From positions 25,630,560 through 25,694,559 of the forward strand of contig NC_134027.1 in assembly GCF_964204645.1 (NCBI RefSeq): DNA of 64,000 nt, read 5' to 3'. This DNA comes from Tubulanus polymorphus (taxonomy: Eukaryota; Animalia; Nemertea). The notes beneath the pieces were generated by a model. The model worked only from the letters and a program-made list of their open reading frames with translations. It was not told where the DNA came from and ran no database searches. The translations under genes and the position numbers were made by a program. Of the stretch, positions 24,174 to 38,136 are shown piece after piece; the first letter of the stretch is position 1; each line of letters begins with the position of its first letter.

Positions 24174-27100
24174 GTAAGTATATATTATTAACTATTTTTT
24201 CCATTGTGGTTCTCAGTCCTTTTCAATCGCTATTAGAAAATATTGGAAATGAATCAGAAATAAGTTGACACTGTGATAAAACTTCACAATAAATCATCAT
24301 TCATTCTTTCATTAGTTGACACTATTGACCCCAGGCTTGCAGCAAGTCTGAAAAGTGCTTATTTTCGGAAAGTTTTTAGAAAGGCGCCGATAAGTTAGAA
24401 GCTTATTTTCCCGCTTAACTACTGTACCCTGTTTCACAGTTGTGAGTTAGGATTTGAGTTAACTCATTGAAAATGAACTAATTTTAACTCACAGTTAACT
24501 ATAACTCATGACTGTGGAACTGGATACTGAAAGTCATGACTTACGACTCTATGTCATGGCAGGAATTTTCGACCGACAAATTTTATTGCAGTCTTTACGT
24601 CTTATGTGTAATTTGATTGCAAACGCATTTTCCTATTTCATGACTTGTACAATTTTACCTCGAAGCGCGGACAAAATTCTGGACGGAATCAAATTTATCG
24701 ACGAAAGTTTTCCGAAAAAATTTCGAGCGATTCGAAATTCAGCGCGGCGGATCATGCGATCGTCGGTAAAAATTGAATTGTAAACCGCGTCGTTCGTCGT
24801 CGCCGGCGACTGATCGAAAATCGATGGATTATCAATTTGGACGTTGATGCGCTCACCGCGAGCACGAGACAGGACACGCCACCGAGCGCGATGCCCAACA
24901 CGCTCGTGTTGTTTCTAGCGAAACATCGGGCGATTAACCGCCTGTTGTCAAATCCCGCGAGGATCTCGTATCTCACCACTCATTTAATTTATGATATAAT
25001 ATGATTTATTTTTCATTTTTTATATCGAATTTTCACTGAATTAATGAATAAACGATAAACATTAAAATATGATGATATTAGGACGAAGAACTGCTTTGAT
25101 GCAACAGTTACCTTGTGTACAAGAAAGCAGCCATAAAGAAGAAAGATGATATAATGAAACAAATAGTACAATATTGAATAGAAAAGGCAATAAGAGTTAG
25201 AGATGATTGAAGAAATTCCACCTCATTGTGTTGAATAATGGGCAGACCGCTTTAGTGCATCTGCACCACAGTGCGGTGTATTGTGAGTAACTAATATTCA
25301 ACTACGTTTTTGACCGGTGCTGCCATCTTTCAATAGAGATAAAAGCTTATTACTAATAACATCAATACACCATGATGCGGTGTACTAGCAATAGTAAATC
25401 ATCGATTAATACACCGCAGTGATTTTCATATAAGATTTTGAACTTTGTTTCTGAAGATATTAGTCGTTCATCGAAAGTTTGTTCTAAATTTTCAGTATTG
25501 ACATAAGTTTTTTTATAGAAACTTTGCACAGAGAGATAAAATGAGAGAAAAAAATTGCATCGCACACTATCATTTTAGATCAAGTGCAATGATAGGTTTA
25601 ATGGTGATAGAAAAGTTTCTGTATGTCTGCTAAGCAGCTCCGGATGAGAGGAAAAAAATCGCGTTGGTATTTGACTTAAGGAACTGACCGTTGTAAAAAA
25701 TGATAACGTATTCATAGGCCGATAACATTTATTTAGATGGAGTACAGGATGAGAGGTTTGTGGCGAGGGGTTGAGGGGCATATTTATCAAACTCGTATGA
25801 CATTTCTTAGATGAGATTTGCGTATTGCATAAGATGTATGGATATACAGCGCGATACATTGTCTATTCCCCGGCCGATGATTTTACGGACGCCGGAATGA
25901 CTGATGTATGTTCGACTTCGCGATATGAAACTGACCGATTTCCCATATGGGAGCTCGGTGACTGATTTCCAATACGGGGGAAGATAGTGTCTGATTAGAG
26001 GCGACTAGCGCGGGGGAAAAGTGATTTCGTTGTGACTGATTCTCCAGAGTGGGCGAAAGACATCATTGCATAATGCATCATCGCGTGCATGCAGGGTCGC
26101 GACGACTCCTTGATTCCTTAAAAACTCATTCTCAGCTGAAAATGCTTTCAGAGGTGTTTGAAACTCCGTTGATTTCAGCAAAATACCTATAACACCTGAT
26201 ATGAAAGCTACTTTAAATTTGAAGCTTTTTCCTTTAAAATCCCTCATTCCCAAATGAAATTTATGTCGGAAACATATAGAAATTCTGGCTGAAAATGAAT
26301 TCAGGGTTGATTTCGAACCTAGACTCAGATTGAGCCTATTTCCGATTACTCTATCAGTTATGGATGTTCGTAGGTAGTGCAGTTATAAAATCTAAAGCAC
26401 CACGCTTTTGATACTAAAACAACAAGTTGAAATTAATCACAGAGATTCTGATAGAAATAAATGTTTTCACTCCGGGTTTGAACGCTGAGACAGATGGAGA
26501 CTCCTTTATATGAGGCAGTTCATCCCAAAGCTGGAGCTGAATAATAAAGTGACCCCCTTTCCTTCTAGTAGGTTCAGTTTTGAACGTAGAACTTTACAAC
26601 TGGCTCCTGATTCATAGATTCTTATGTTCCAGCCTAGAATTTTCAAGGCAATCAGTTCTTCAACTCGAGTTCAATATTTTTGTGCCAGCGTTTTTTCGCG
26701 TCCGAAGACAATAGGGACTGGTGGCAAAAGGGTTAAAACCAAATACTGTAATTTCAATCAGTTTAACTCGTGATGTGTGGCTTTTCATTAGTTTTATTGC
26801 GAGGGATTTGACGCCACGCGTTTGTTGGTAATTTGCGTAACGCGGTAGCGCCGGTTAACAGCGGCGAGGATTTAGTGACTAGATGGCGCCCGCGAGGTCA
26901 TCAATCTCAATAAATACTCATTGTCGTTGACATCGGTAAAACACATCAGAATCCGTCGCCGCTGCGAGGATCGAACGTGGGAGGGGGAAATTAACTGACA
27001 ACGATTTGAAAATAATCCCTACACGTGGTTTATAAATTAGTCTTGTCTATTTGTATACGGAAACTGCTGCTGCTGCGTGGGTTTGTTTGTTATATATTAT

Positions 27101-27661
27101 TTTTATGTGGTACAAACATAGGGCAGACAGACAAAGGGCAGACAGCGGAAAGATCATGGACGGGCAGACGGATAAATAGATAGAAGACAGGACAGACGAT
27201 CTGGCAGAGGACAAACGGATGGACAGAGAAGGACAGACTGAGATGCACAAACTGACAGGCGGACAAAAGAGGACATATTGGCAGACTGATGGACTGGCGC
27301 TAAACTGCAAATGATTCAGTAAAATTAGGAATAGTTACTGATGAGAATCAATCCGGTTTGCTTTGTGGAACTGGGCCGTGTACCTTGCAGTATCTGAGAA
27401 GGAAGGCACTTTGTAACGTCAGTGGCTAATGGGTCTCCAACCTTCAATCAACCAAACACTAAAAGTTTGTATCGATGACAGACATAATGTCGTTAATCTC
27501 TCTCTCTCTCTGTGATGGTTTGTGGTATCTACAGCTCGCAGAGCAGCGCTATCTGATGATGATATTAATGATGGGTGCGGTTCCCTCCTTGGTATAGTTA
27601 TTTACAATGAAACCATCATGTGACGTTAACCGGCGATTTACAATCATTTATCACACGATGA

Positions 27662-28256
27662 ATTACAGGTAATACCAACACGAGGAACATTACACGTAAT
27701 ACCAACACGAGGAACATTACACGTAATACCAACATGAGCATTATACGTAATACCAACACGAGGAACATTACACGTAATACCAACACAAGGAACATTTCAG
27801 GTAATACCAACATGAGGAGCATTATACGTAATACCAACACGAGAAACATTACACGTAATACCAACATGACGAACATTACATGTAATACCAACATGAGGAA
27901 CATTACACGTAATACCAACACGAGGAACATTTCAGGTAATACCAACAAGAGGAGCATTACACGTAATACCAACATGAGGAACATTACACGTAATACCAAC
28001 ATGAGGAACATTACACGTAATACCAACATGAGGAGCATTATACGTAATACCAACATGACGAACATTACATGTAATACCAACATGACGAACATTACACGTA
28101 ATATCAACATGAGGAGCATTACACATAATACCAACAAGAGGAACATTACACGTAATACCAACACGAGGAATATTACTCGTAATACCAACACGAGGAGCAT
28201 TACACGTAATACCAACACGAGGAGCATTACACGTAATACCAACATGAGGAACATTA
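27662..28256. repeat. 27-bp minisatellite
   Basis: acacgtaataccaacatgaggaacatt, ~22 copies. Confidence 0.95.
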
Positions 28257-28741
28257 GACTGTGAGAAAATATTACTGCAGAAAAATGGATATACAATCTT
28301 CTCATCCTCAAGTTTGTCAGTAGAGGGCGCTGATTGAGTACGGCTCATCAGATTGCCAGGCACGTACATATACATATATATTTATATATATATATTTGTC
28401 ATATCGTTTACCAGTGGTGGCCATCTTTGATTGCACGCGTATTACACGCTCGACATGAAATGCCAGCCCTGGCATGTGATTAACGGTGTGTGATTGTTGA
28501 ATCGAGCGTGGCTATGATTGATGTGCGTTCGTATGAAGAATTTTGTCTAAGATTCAGATCAATGAAGTGTTGCTGACTGTGAATTAGTAATCGACATTCA
28601 TCTTACTGTCCGGCAACTAGAACATTGACACCAGTGACAGCAGTGAGACTGGGTTGAGCATGTTTTGTCTGCGTCTAAGACATTTAGACTAATCTTCAAT
28701 CATCAGTAAATAACAAAAGGTCATGTGTTTAAAGAATACAC

Positions 28742-28889
28742 TTTTTTTCGTAAAAATTCTTTATTCATTTACCAAAAAAATTCCCTTATCTCAACCCATC
28801 CTCAATATTCCTCCTCTAACCCCAAGCGGGATTTGAACCTGGGCCTCTCGCTTGTCAGCTTATTATCCTAACCACTTGGCCAATCGGTC
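28742..28889 (-). mobile_element. tRNA-derived SINE-like element
   Basis: Minus strand has A box TGGCCAAGTGG (28872-28882), B box GGTTCAAATCC (28829-28839), then AATAAA and an A-run. Acceptor and anticodon stems are degenerate. Confidence 0.7.
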
Positions 28890-29250
28890 GTGGTGAATGA
28901 TGTGAGTAAAAATGTTGGTGTTGAATCAGACCAGTAGTCTTTCGTGACCACTCAGGTGTGGTCATTGGTGACCAGTCAGATATGGTGGCTGGTTGTCAAT
29001 AATACACTAACATTGACCCGATCATTCTCTTATTACCTGACAATTCTTAATTGCAAACATTGGGCAATTTTCCAACCACAAAAGACGTCTACTATATAAG
29101 GCAAACTTAGACATGATTCAAGGAACCATTTCTTAGAGAGAAAATAGTACAACACTGTCTCATGAGTATTTGCACTGGTCTAAGAATGGCGTTAGGACCT
29201 CTTTCAGTAATATCATATGGAGTTAACCCTTTTACTTGTGGTTGGGTCCG

Positions 29251-29460
29251 CAGAGCTGCCAACCGTTACTGATACTCAGTATTTTGTTACTATTTTGTCC
29301 CAAAAAGTATTAATGTGATATATATTTGATGCTTTGAAAGATGTTACTGAGGGTCATGAGGTACTGATAATTTGAACATTTCTTTTATATCTCAATGAAA
29401 TGTTACTGAAAAAGATTCAGCTTGTTACTGATAGCAGTTTGCAGAATTTGGCAGCAATAG
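29251..29460. mobile_element. Degenerate hAT-like MITE; fragments also at ~17225 and ~57315
   Basis: Left cagagctgccaa; right ttggcagcaatag; internal gttactga repeats. Confidence 0.5.
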
Positions 29461-30124
29461 GTCGGGGTGATTTTAAAGCGCGTGGGTGGAGACATGACTT
29501 AAAACCTAAACACCAGATCGGGAAATGGTAAATTATTCCGTAGCATGAATACCCACAACCTCGAGTACGTGGAATGCTATCATTCGCTTTTAATGCACTG
29601 ACCATTAATTTCAAGCGTTGGGCTTTAAAGGTGTTAGCTCAACTCTAAACCCATTTATTGATTGAAGCTTTAGTAACGTCGGCTTGTTAAAGCTTCCACT
29701 TCATGCGAACAGACGTTGGTATTAGTCACCTTAAACTCGCATTTATATGTCTGTACGCGTGTAACCTTCACCCCTTATTGATGACGACAGTCGCCTGGTG
29801 GTTTGAAACTGGTTTATTTATGTTCCGTCATCGCTCTACCTCTCAGTCTGTTCGTTATGAAAAAACAACGGACTCATCCGCCCGCCAACATCGTCGTCGT
29901 AAATCTAATCGAAGAAATTTTGTTATGCATTAAATTGCATTACGGGAATTTTTGCGCGAATAAATTAACCGCCTGTGGCGAGCGGGTGGATGAGTGCGGT
30001 GTTTTTGTTAATATCGTCTTGTCGAAGAAGTAGAGATAGATGCTGTCATAGTCGCTGCCGATCAGCTATGTATTTATTATCGTGACGTGATAGCGCGGAT
30101 TTTCGCAATATATTACCTCAGGAC

Positions 30125-30735
30125 GGCTGCTGGTTAACCTTCTCAAGGAGGGCTGCATGTTAACCTTCTCAAGGAGGGCTGCATGTTAACCTTCTCAAGG
30201 AAGGCTGCAGGTTAACCTTCTCAAGGAAGGCTGCAGGTTAACCTTCTCAAGGAAGGCTGCATGTTAACCTTCTCAAGGAAGGCTGCATGTTAACCTTCTC
30301 TAGGAAGGCTGTAGGTTAAACTTCTCAAGGAAGGCTGCATGTTAACCTTCTCAAGGAAGGCTGTAGGTTAAACTTCTCAAGGAAGGCTGCAGGTTAACCT
30401 TCTCAAGGAAGGCTGCATGCTAACCTCAAGGAAGGCTGTAGGTTAAACTTCTCACGGTAGGTGGCAGGTTAACCTCAAGGAAGGCTGTAGGTTAACCTTC
30501 TCAAGGAAGGCTATGGGTTAACTTTCTCACGGAAGGCTGCAGGTTAACCTTCTCAAGGAAGGCTGCAGGTTAACTTTCTCACGGAAGGCTGCAGGTTAAA
30601 CTTCATAAGGAAAGGTGCAGATTAACCTTCCAAAGGAAAGATGCTGGTTAACAACCTTCTTAAAGAATGGTACACGTAAACCTCAAAGGAAGGTGCTGGT
30701 AAACTTTCCCATGGAAAGGTGCGGGTAAACCTGTA
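30125..30735. repeat. 26-bp minisatellite decaying toward the 3' end
   Basis: gttaaccttctcaaggaaggctgcag. Confidence 0.95.
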
Positions 30736-31249
30736 AATTTGACTTCACACTACTGCATATGCCTGTCTATGAAGTTTTCAGGTAATCCTTTTCCAGGAAT
30801 GTTGCAAGTAAACCTTATCTAAGAACGCTGAAGGTAAACCTCTTCAAAGGCTATCAGGTCAACCTACTCAAGCCAAACCAAAAAACCATATCGATTAAGG
30901 CAGCTGGCAAGGTTGGCTGCTGGCAAACCTTGTCTAGGTAAAGTGCAGTGAAACCTTTATATAGGTGGCAGGTACACTTGATTACAGTGGGTTTTGAATT
31001 AAGTATAATCGGTATTCGTGGATCTCTGGTGAGATTATACAGATTACGACGCTATCGGTTTATATTGAACAGGATTCTGAGAATCTCGATCTGAGAATTA
31101 TCAATTGTCTAAGGATTAGACTGTGTGGAATCTGAGATGGATCTTTACGAATGAATATAGGATGTGGCAGTCTACCAGCATGCGCAATTTAGTAGTCAGG
31201 ATTCGTCTTAGTCCTGAATATCCTAATGAAGGCCTGTTTGAAGTTATGT

Positions 31250-31597
31250 TGACTGACTGACTGAGGGATTGACTGATTGTGACTGACTGACTGAGGGACT
31301 GACTGACTGACTGATTGGCTGACTGATTCTGACTGACTGTGACTGACTGGCTGACTGAGGGACTGACTGACTGACTGACTTACTGAGGGACTGACTGATT
31401 GTGACTGACTGACTGATTCGCTGACTGATTCTGACTGACTGTGACTGACTGGCTGACTGACTGACTGAGGGACTGACTGATTGTGACTGTATGACTGACT
31501 GAGGGACTGACTGACTGACTGAGGGACTGACTGACTGGCTGACTGACTGAGGGACTGACTGACTGACAGACTGACTGAGGGACTGACTGTGACTGAG
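31250..31597. repeat. (GACT)n compound microsatellite
   Basis: gactgact interrupted by gaggg and gtgact. Confidence 0.95.
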
Positions 31598-32685
31598 TCT
31601 TGTAACTGGGTCCGAGCAGATCCGATTAACTACTCAATATGCAGGTGAATACAGTTTCCATAGTAACGATCATTCGTACGCCTGCTGTGTATGAGTGAAG
31701 TTGTCGCTGGCGCTGCTGCGTTCACTGTCTCCCATACCTTCAGTAATCCTCGCGACTGACAGCACATTGCTGTACATCTACACCACAGATGAGTCGTGGA
31801 CACTTATACAAATATTACCTGTCATCGACCGACAAGTTTTTGTCTCTCAGTCGCGGAACCAGATGCCGCTACGAGGACGTGATTCCGGTTTAGTTTGATC
31901 TGAGCCTGGTTTCATAAAAACTGAACTCGAATGAAACTAGATCGATTTTAGAAATTCACCTTTTCTCGTAAAACGTAGCCTTGGTTTGAACTCAAGAGAA
32001 AAACTGGTTGCAGTCCGTGTTATTGATTATCAGCTGTATCAAATGATGAAGTCAGTTCTGATATTGCATTTTTTTTTCTTGAATGATTGAAATCGTCGTA
32101 ATAATTTCTAATGTATATTATGATCGCTTGTTGTTTGGTTGAGTTGTTCAGGTGCCTGGGATACTGCGGGTTACTGTAACGTTATTTGTGATATAGCTGT
32201 GGGCCCTAGCAGCAGCAGCAGCAGCAGGAGAGCAGCTTCTCGCATCCTGACGATGACAACCTGTAATTACGACTGAACATATTACGCGGTTAATTTAGAT
32301 GAAAGGCTTTGTGTAAATTGAAAATTTAAGTGGATCATCGCTGAAAAATGCATTACAGATAGAATAGAACTGGATACACATGTGATGATAATAGCTCTTA
32401 ACTCTGCTCAACTACTACAGGGTGCCCACTGACCTGGAAAACCTGCAAAACTAAAGGAATTAGAAAAATCTAGAAAAAAACATGGAGAACTTTGAGAATT
32501 TCACAAATTTTACCAAAAAAAATCTGGAAAACTGAATTTGTGAATTTGGCCAAAAGTTTTTTTATCGACGTATGACTCATAAAGATTGTACGTGAAAAAG
32601 TGGCCACCGCGGGCGATGAGTGAGCCCTGGTGTAGGGTTCCCTTACACAACTGAAACTGCCCCCCTTCAGGAAAAAAATTGACTG

Positions 32686-32855
32686 AATGAATGAATGAAT
32701 TTTATTGTTACATGATTACAAAATCATAGAATGAAATTACAATATGCATATACCATACTTACATACATACATATTAATATATATGTAGATGTAACAATGT
32801 AAAGTGAGAGGAATAAGGAGAAGCTTATACGGGTTCTTATCCACATACACACTCA
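32686..32855 (-). mobile_element. Probable 3' tail of an L2/CR1-type LINE
   Basis: Minus strand ends AATAAAA followed by (TTCA)n. No RT motifs seen. Confidence 0.4.
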
Positions 32856-33358
32856 CACACCACGTACGCACCACATACACATCACATACGAGCTATATAC
32901 GCACCACATACACACCACGTACGCACCACGTACGCACCACATACACACCACATATGAGCTATATAGGCACCACATACACACCACATATACACCACATACA
33001 CACCACATATACGCCACATACGCACCACATATACACCGCATACGCACCACATACACACCACATACGCACCACACACACCACATACGCACCACATACACAC
33101 CACATACGCACCATATACACACCACATACGCACCACATACACACCACATACGCACCACATACACACCACATACACACCACATACGCACCACATACGCACC
33201 ACATACACACCACATACGCACCACATACACACCACATACGCACCACATACGCACCACATACACACCACATACGTACCACATACGCACCACATACACACCA
33301 CATACGCACCACATACACACCACATACACACCACATACACACCACATACGTACCACAT
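32856..33358. repeat. 11-bp minisatellite
   Basis: caccacatac[a/g]. Confidence 0.95.
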
Positions 33359-33500
33359 AGACACTGACGAATTTGTTGACAAATGTATTCAGGAAACCTT
33401 TCAGAACTTGATTTCTACTATCACTATCAGTATTTGAATCGCTGGATTTATCTGATGACAATTTTTCAAATACAGAAAAAACTTGATTATAGTGACCTAA

Positions 33501-33854
33501 AGCCTAGCGCACATCGACACTGCGATTGGAGATAGTTGCTACCGAACGATTACCCCGCGCACATCGAAATCTAGTTACAACCGGTCAGTTGCAGCAACTG
33601 CATGGCGCGTGTCGATCGTCGAAATCCAGAGCGCGCACATCGACGGATATGACTGCGATTGAGTACAAGCAGTTGCTCAAAAGTAGAACATGGGCAACTG
33701 GCTGGAACTGGAGATAGATGGACGCTTACCAATCGTAAGCTCGCTCACATCGACACATTCAAGCAACTGATCGTATCCAGCCAGTTCCTCTCATGCGCCG
33801 AAAACTGCCTTGCAACTAGTTGTCTCCAATCGCACTGTCGATGTGCGCTAGGCT
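33501..33854. mobile_element. PIF/Harbinger-type MITE, copy 2
   Basis: 32-bp TIR agcctagcgcacatcgacactgcgattggaga with one mismatch between ends; TAA TSD. Confidence 0.9.
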
Positions 33855-34324
33855 TAAGGTTTTCCCGAAATTCGTCACTAGCTGCAGTTCTGTACGAACT
33901 ACCGCGTGTAATTTGTTCATGCGGCGCATAGTCAGCGTGCGTCCGATATTGTGACTGATGGTTTATGCCGGGCGTATCGTAATAATGCGGCTTGAAGAGT
34001 CAAAACAGCTCCAGTTCCCTTGTTCATCGGATTGGGCGGGACGAAATTTTTTTAAAACTTATTTCATCGATAATTAGGCCGCGCGGACCTTTTTCGCCGC
34101 GACTCGCGCTAGTTTCTGAATAATAGATGACCTGGGGGTATTTTTGAATTGATTTTTGACACTCGGGGAGCGAATTACGAAAGTGTACATAACGAGCTGT
34201 TGACATCTTTTTAGCGACGATAAGTAACTAGAAATTCACGTTCAATTGACGCAGCAGTTATTCAACTGCGTTCAGGGTTTACATTTCAGTTTGTTTTCAA
34301 TTAACGAACTGCAAATATTTAATG

Positions 34325-35120
34325 CGCAACTGTGGAACTGGATCCAGCGTCAAATTAAACCAACACAACTGTAGAACTGGATATAGAGCCAAATTAAACC
34401 CACACAACTGTGGAACTGGGTCCAGAGTCAAATTAAACCCACACAACTGTGCAACTGGGTCCAGAGTCAAATTAAACCCACACAACTGTGGAACTGGATC
34501 CAGAGTCAAATTAAACCCACACAACTGTGGAACTGGATCCAGAGTCAAATTAAACCCACACAACTGTGGAACTGGGTCCAGCGTCAAATTAAACCCACAC
34601 AACTGTGGAACTGGATTCAGAGTCAAATTAAACCCGCACAACTGTGGAACTGGATCCAGAGTCAAATTAAACCCACACAACTGTGCAATTGGGTCCAGAG
34701 TCAAAGTAAACCCACGCAACTGTGCAACTGGATCCAGAGTCAAATTTTACCCACCTGTGCAACTGGATCCAGAGTCAAATTTTACCCACCTGTGGAACTG
34801 GATCCTGAGTTAAACCCGCAAATGTGTGGAATAAATCCAGAGTCAAATCTTCCGTGGAACTGTGGAACTAGGTTTAGAGTAAAATCTTCAACTGTGGAAC
34901 TGGGTTTGAGTGAGTCAAGTCTACAACTGTGGAACTGGGTTTGAGTGAGTCGAGTCAAGTCTACAACTGTGGAACTGGGTTTGAGTGAGTCAAGTCTACA
35001 ACTGTGGAACTGGGTTTGAGTGAGTCAAGTCTACAACTGTGGAACTGGGTTTGAGTGAGTCGAGTCAAGTCTACAACTGTGGAACTGGGTTTGAGTGAGT
35101 CAAGTCTACAATTGCGGAAC
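34325..35120. repeat. 39-bp then 35/40-bp satellite containing the MITE-A TIR
   Basis: cacaactgtggaactggatccagagtcaaattaaaccca. Confidence 0.95.
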
Positions 35121-35739
35121 TACCCGCTGGTTGGTTGTGGTTGCTATTTTTAGACGATGTTTAGTTTATTAATATATAACCGAGCCCCGGATTCTCCGCG
35201 GGCCCCGGATATACAATACGGGGCTATTTCATTCACATACGAATTAATCTTTTTGTGCGATTCGTTCGTTACGAATCTATATTTAGCGTCGGTATACGTT
35301 TAACGTTGAACTCCCGCCGGTGACGGTGCATGCGTCTCCCTGGAACCCCTCGAAGGCTCGAAGCTCTTCGTGTTAATAGTAACCGCTATCGTTTTCATTA
35401 GTAGATTTCCCGGGAATTATCGTCACTTATCACGCGTCATCAGCGTCGTCAGCGGTAAAAATATCTGCCTAAAAGCTACTCATCATTGGATGTATACTCT
35501 TTACAGTACTCCCCCCATACTCCCCGTACTCCCCCCTACTCCCCGTACTCCCCCATACTCCCCTTACTGCTAAAACTATTGCAAATTGTACTGATTACTC
35601 GTAATACAGGCTGCACTCTTTTCCCTTCATGTGTTTTCAGGCTTCGTTTCTTGGTTTGCTCCCCTGCCCCATTACATTGCTCTGTCTTAAACTGCTACTG
35701 GTCCCCATTCCCCCATTCCCTGATCTCTCATTCCACTGG

Positions 35740-36020
35740 TGCCCATCCCCTCGTCCCCTGCTGCTCCCCATCCCCTCGTCCCCCTGCTACTCCCCATCCC
35801 CTCGCCCCCCTGCTACTCCCCATCCCCTCGTCCCCCTGCTACTCCCCATCCCCTCGACCCCCTGCTACTCCCCATCCCTCCTCCCCTGCTACTCCCTATC
35901 CCATTGTCCCCCTGCTACTCCCCATCCCACAATCCCCCTGCTACTCCCCATCCCCTCGCCCCCTGCTGCTCCCCATCCCCTCGTCCTCTGCTACTGCTCT
36001 CCATTCCCTGTTTCCCCATC
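35740..36020. repeat. 26-bp C-rich minisatellite
   Basis: ctgctactccccatcccctcgtcccc. Confidence 0.9.
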
Positions 36021-36449
36021 ATGAAATTGATGATATAACGATCGGTTAAAAAAAAAACAACGACCGTTTTTTCCGAGCGACGCTTTGAAATAAATTGAAG
36101 CGTAGACGGCTGCTTTTGATGATCTAATCATCTAATAGGAATTTTCAATTTGTTGAGAGATATTTATAATGATTTGATCTGATGATGGGGTTTTATCTCT
36201 CTCAGTCGAGTCACAAGTAGTAGTACTCGTTAATTGAAGCTGACTCAATTATTTTCAGCGATTAGCTACTGAACTTTGCAACTATATCGAAGTCAAATTT
36301 AGCCCGGGCGAATCATTGGTGCCAGGTCCGTATCTAATTGGGATGACGCGACCCATATTTTGCCCGCCCAAAAATGGACCGGGCCCATGCCATAATTAAG
36401 CATCGGTCACAATGCATGTGAACGCTGACTGGTTCCAGAAGTGACTGAC

Positions 36450-36920
36450 GTGGATCCTACAGTCAATTTAAACCCATACAACTGTGAGACTGGATCCCAC
36501 AGTCAATTTAAACCCACACAACTGTGAGACTGGATCCCACAGTCAATTTAAACCCACACAACTGTGAGACTGGATCCCTCAGTCAATTTAAACCCATACA
36601 ACTGTGAGACTGGATCCCACAGTCAATTTAAACCCATACAACTGTGAGACTGGATCCTACAGTCAATTTAAACCCACACAACTGTGAGACTGGATCCTAC
36701 AGTCAATTTAAACCCACACAACTGTGAGACTGGATCCCACAGTCAATTTAAACCCACACAACTGTGAGACTGGATCCCACAGTCAATTTAAACCCACACA
36801 ACTGTGAGACTGGATTCTGAATCCAATAAACTGGCACAGATGCGGAACTGGGTCCATAGCAAAATAAAACCCATAAAACTGTCGAACTGGATCCAGAGTC
36901 AAATTGAACCCACACAACTT
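36450..36920. repeat. 40-bp satellite related to the MITE-A TIR
   Basis: actgtgagactggatcccacagtcaatttaaacccacaca. Confidence 0.95.
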
Positions 36921-37409
36921 ACAGGTTTGAACCCCTACCTATGGCTGACATTTATCTATTTGCGTTTCAAATGTTAAAATACTGCACCTCTATTCAGAAA
37001 GTGAAGAAAAATTAATTAAATGCAATATAACGTTTTTGGCATTCATTGAATTTTACGGCGAACTTGTTTTTCAAAGAGCCGTTGAATTTTATTCTCATTA
37101 TATGCGTTGATATTTCCCACATTTATCACTATTTGACGTCAGAGGTTTTTAAAAGTTCACTTGTGACATTATTATCGTTTCCCACATTCGTGGTATTTAC
37201 AGCAGATATCATTTCAAAGGTTACTTCAACTGTTTTTAGATTTGAAAACAATCTTCAAATCTGACTATGCTATGAAATTTAATCTCGAAATTTTCAGAAT
37301 TATAGCTTTGTGAAACGATATTGATAACAACTGTGTTATGTCAACCAGTGTAAAATCACTATAGTGGTTACTCTACTTTTACTTTTACTGTTATAAACAA
37401 TAATGCATC

Positions 37410-38136
37410 CTCTTTATGAACTTTTTTTTATAACTGATAGTTCTATATACAACGAACTTCAGGAGACCAGAAAATCTGTTATAACCGATAGTTCACTGTT
37501 ATATCCAGTATGAAATTACAGTGGAACCTCGTTACAACGAACTTCAGGAGACCAGAAAATCTGTTCGTTATAACCGATAGTTCACTGTTATATCCAGTAT
37601 GAAATTACAGTGGAACCTCGTTACAACGAACTTCAGGAGATCAGAAAATCTGTTCGTTATAACCGATAGTTCACTGTTATATCCAGTATGAAATTACAGT
37701 GAAACCTCGTTACAACGAACTTCAGGAGATCAGAAAATCTGTTCGTTATAACTGATAGTTCACTGTTATATCCAGTATGAAATTACAGTGGAACCTCGTT
37801 ACAACGAATTTCAGGAGACCAGAAAATCTGTTCGTTATAACCGATAGTTCACTGTTATATCCAGTAAGAAATTACAGTGGAACCTCGTTACAACGAACTT
37901 CAGGAGACCAGAAAATCTGTTCGTTATAACTGATAGTTCACTGTTATATCCGGTATGAAATTACAGTGGAACCTCGTTACAACGAACTTTAGGAGATCAG
38001 AAAATCTGTTATAACCGATAGTTCACTGTGACTGTTATATCCAGTATAGAATTATTAAAATGTTCCTATTTGGGACAAAATTTTAGATTTGCTTTAACCG
38101 ATAAATCCAAGGTTGTTATAACGAGGTTCCGCACTG
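37410..38136. repeat. 89-bp tandem array built from the left half of a pogo/Tigger-like MITE (full element 37964-38136)
   Basis: TA+cagtggaacctcgttacaac at 37519, 37608, 37697, 37786, 37875 and 37964. One right TIR gttataacgaggttccgcactg ends at 38136. Confidence 0.9.

Noticed and set aside
27616-28311. 231-aa hydrophobic ORF and antisense Asn/Thr ORF
   Set aside because: Product of a 27-bp tandem repeat; no splice or domain support.
28815-28889. Functional tRNA gene
   Set aside because: Acceptor and anticodon stems do not pair properly; treated as a SINE head.
34297-34813. 13-aa repeat ORFs; similarly 41392-41742, 43664-44086 and 22282-22713
   Set aside because: Satellite periods at or near multiples of 3; non-coding origin is evident.
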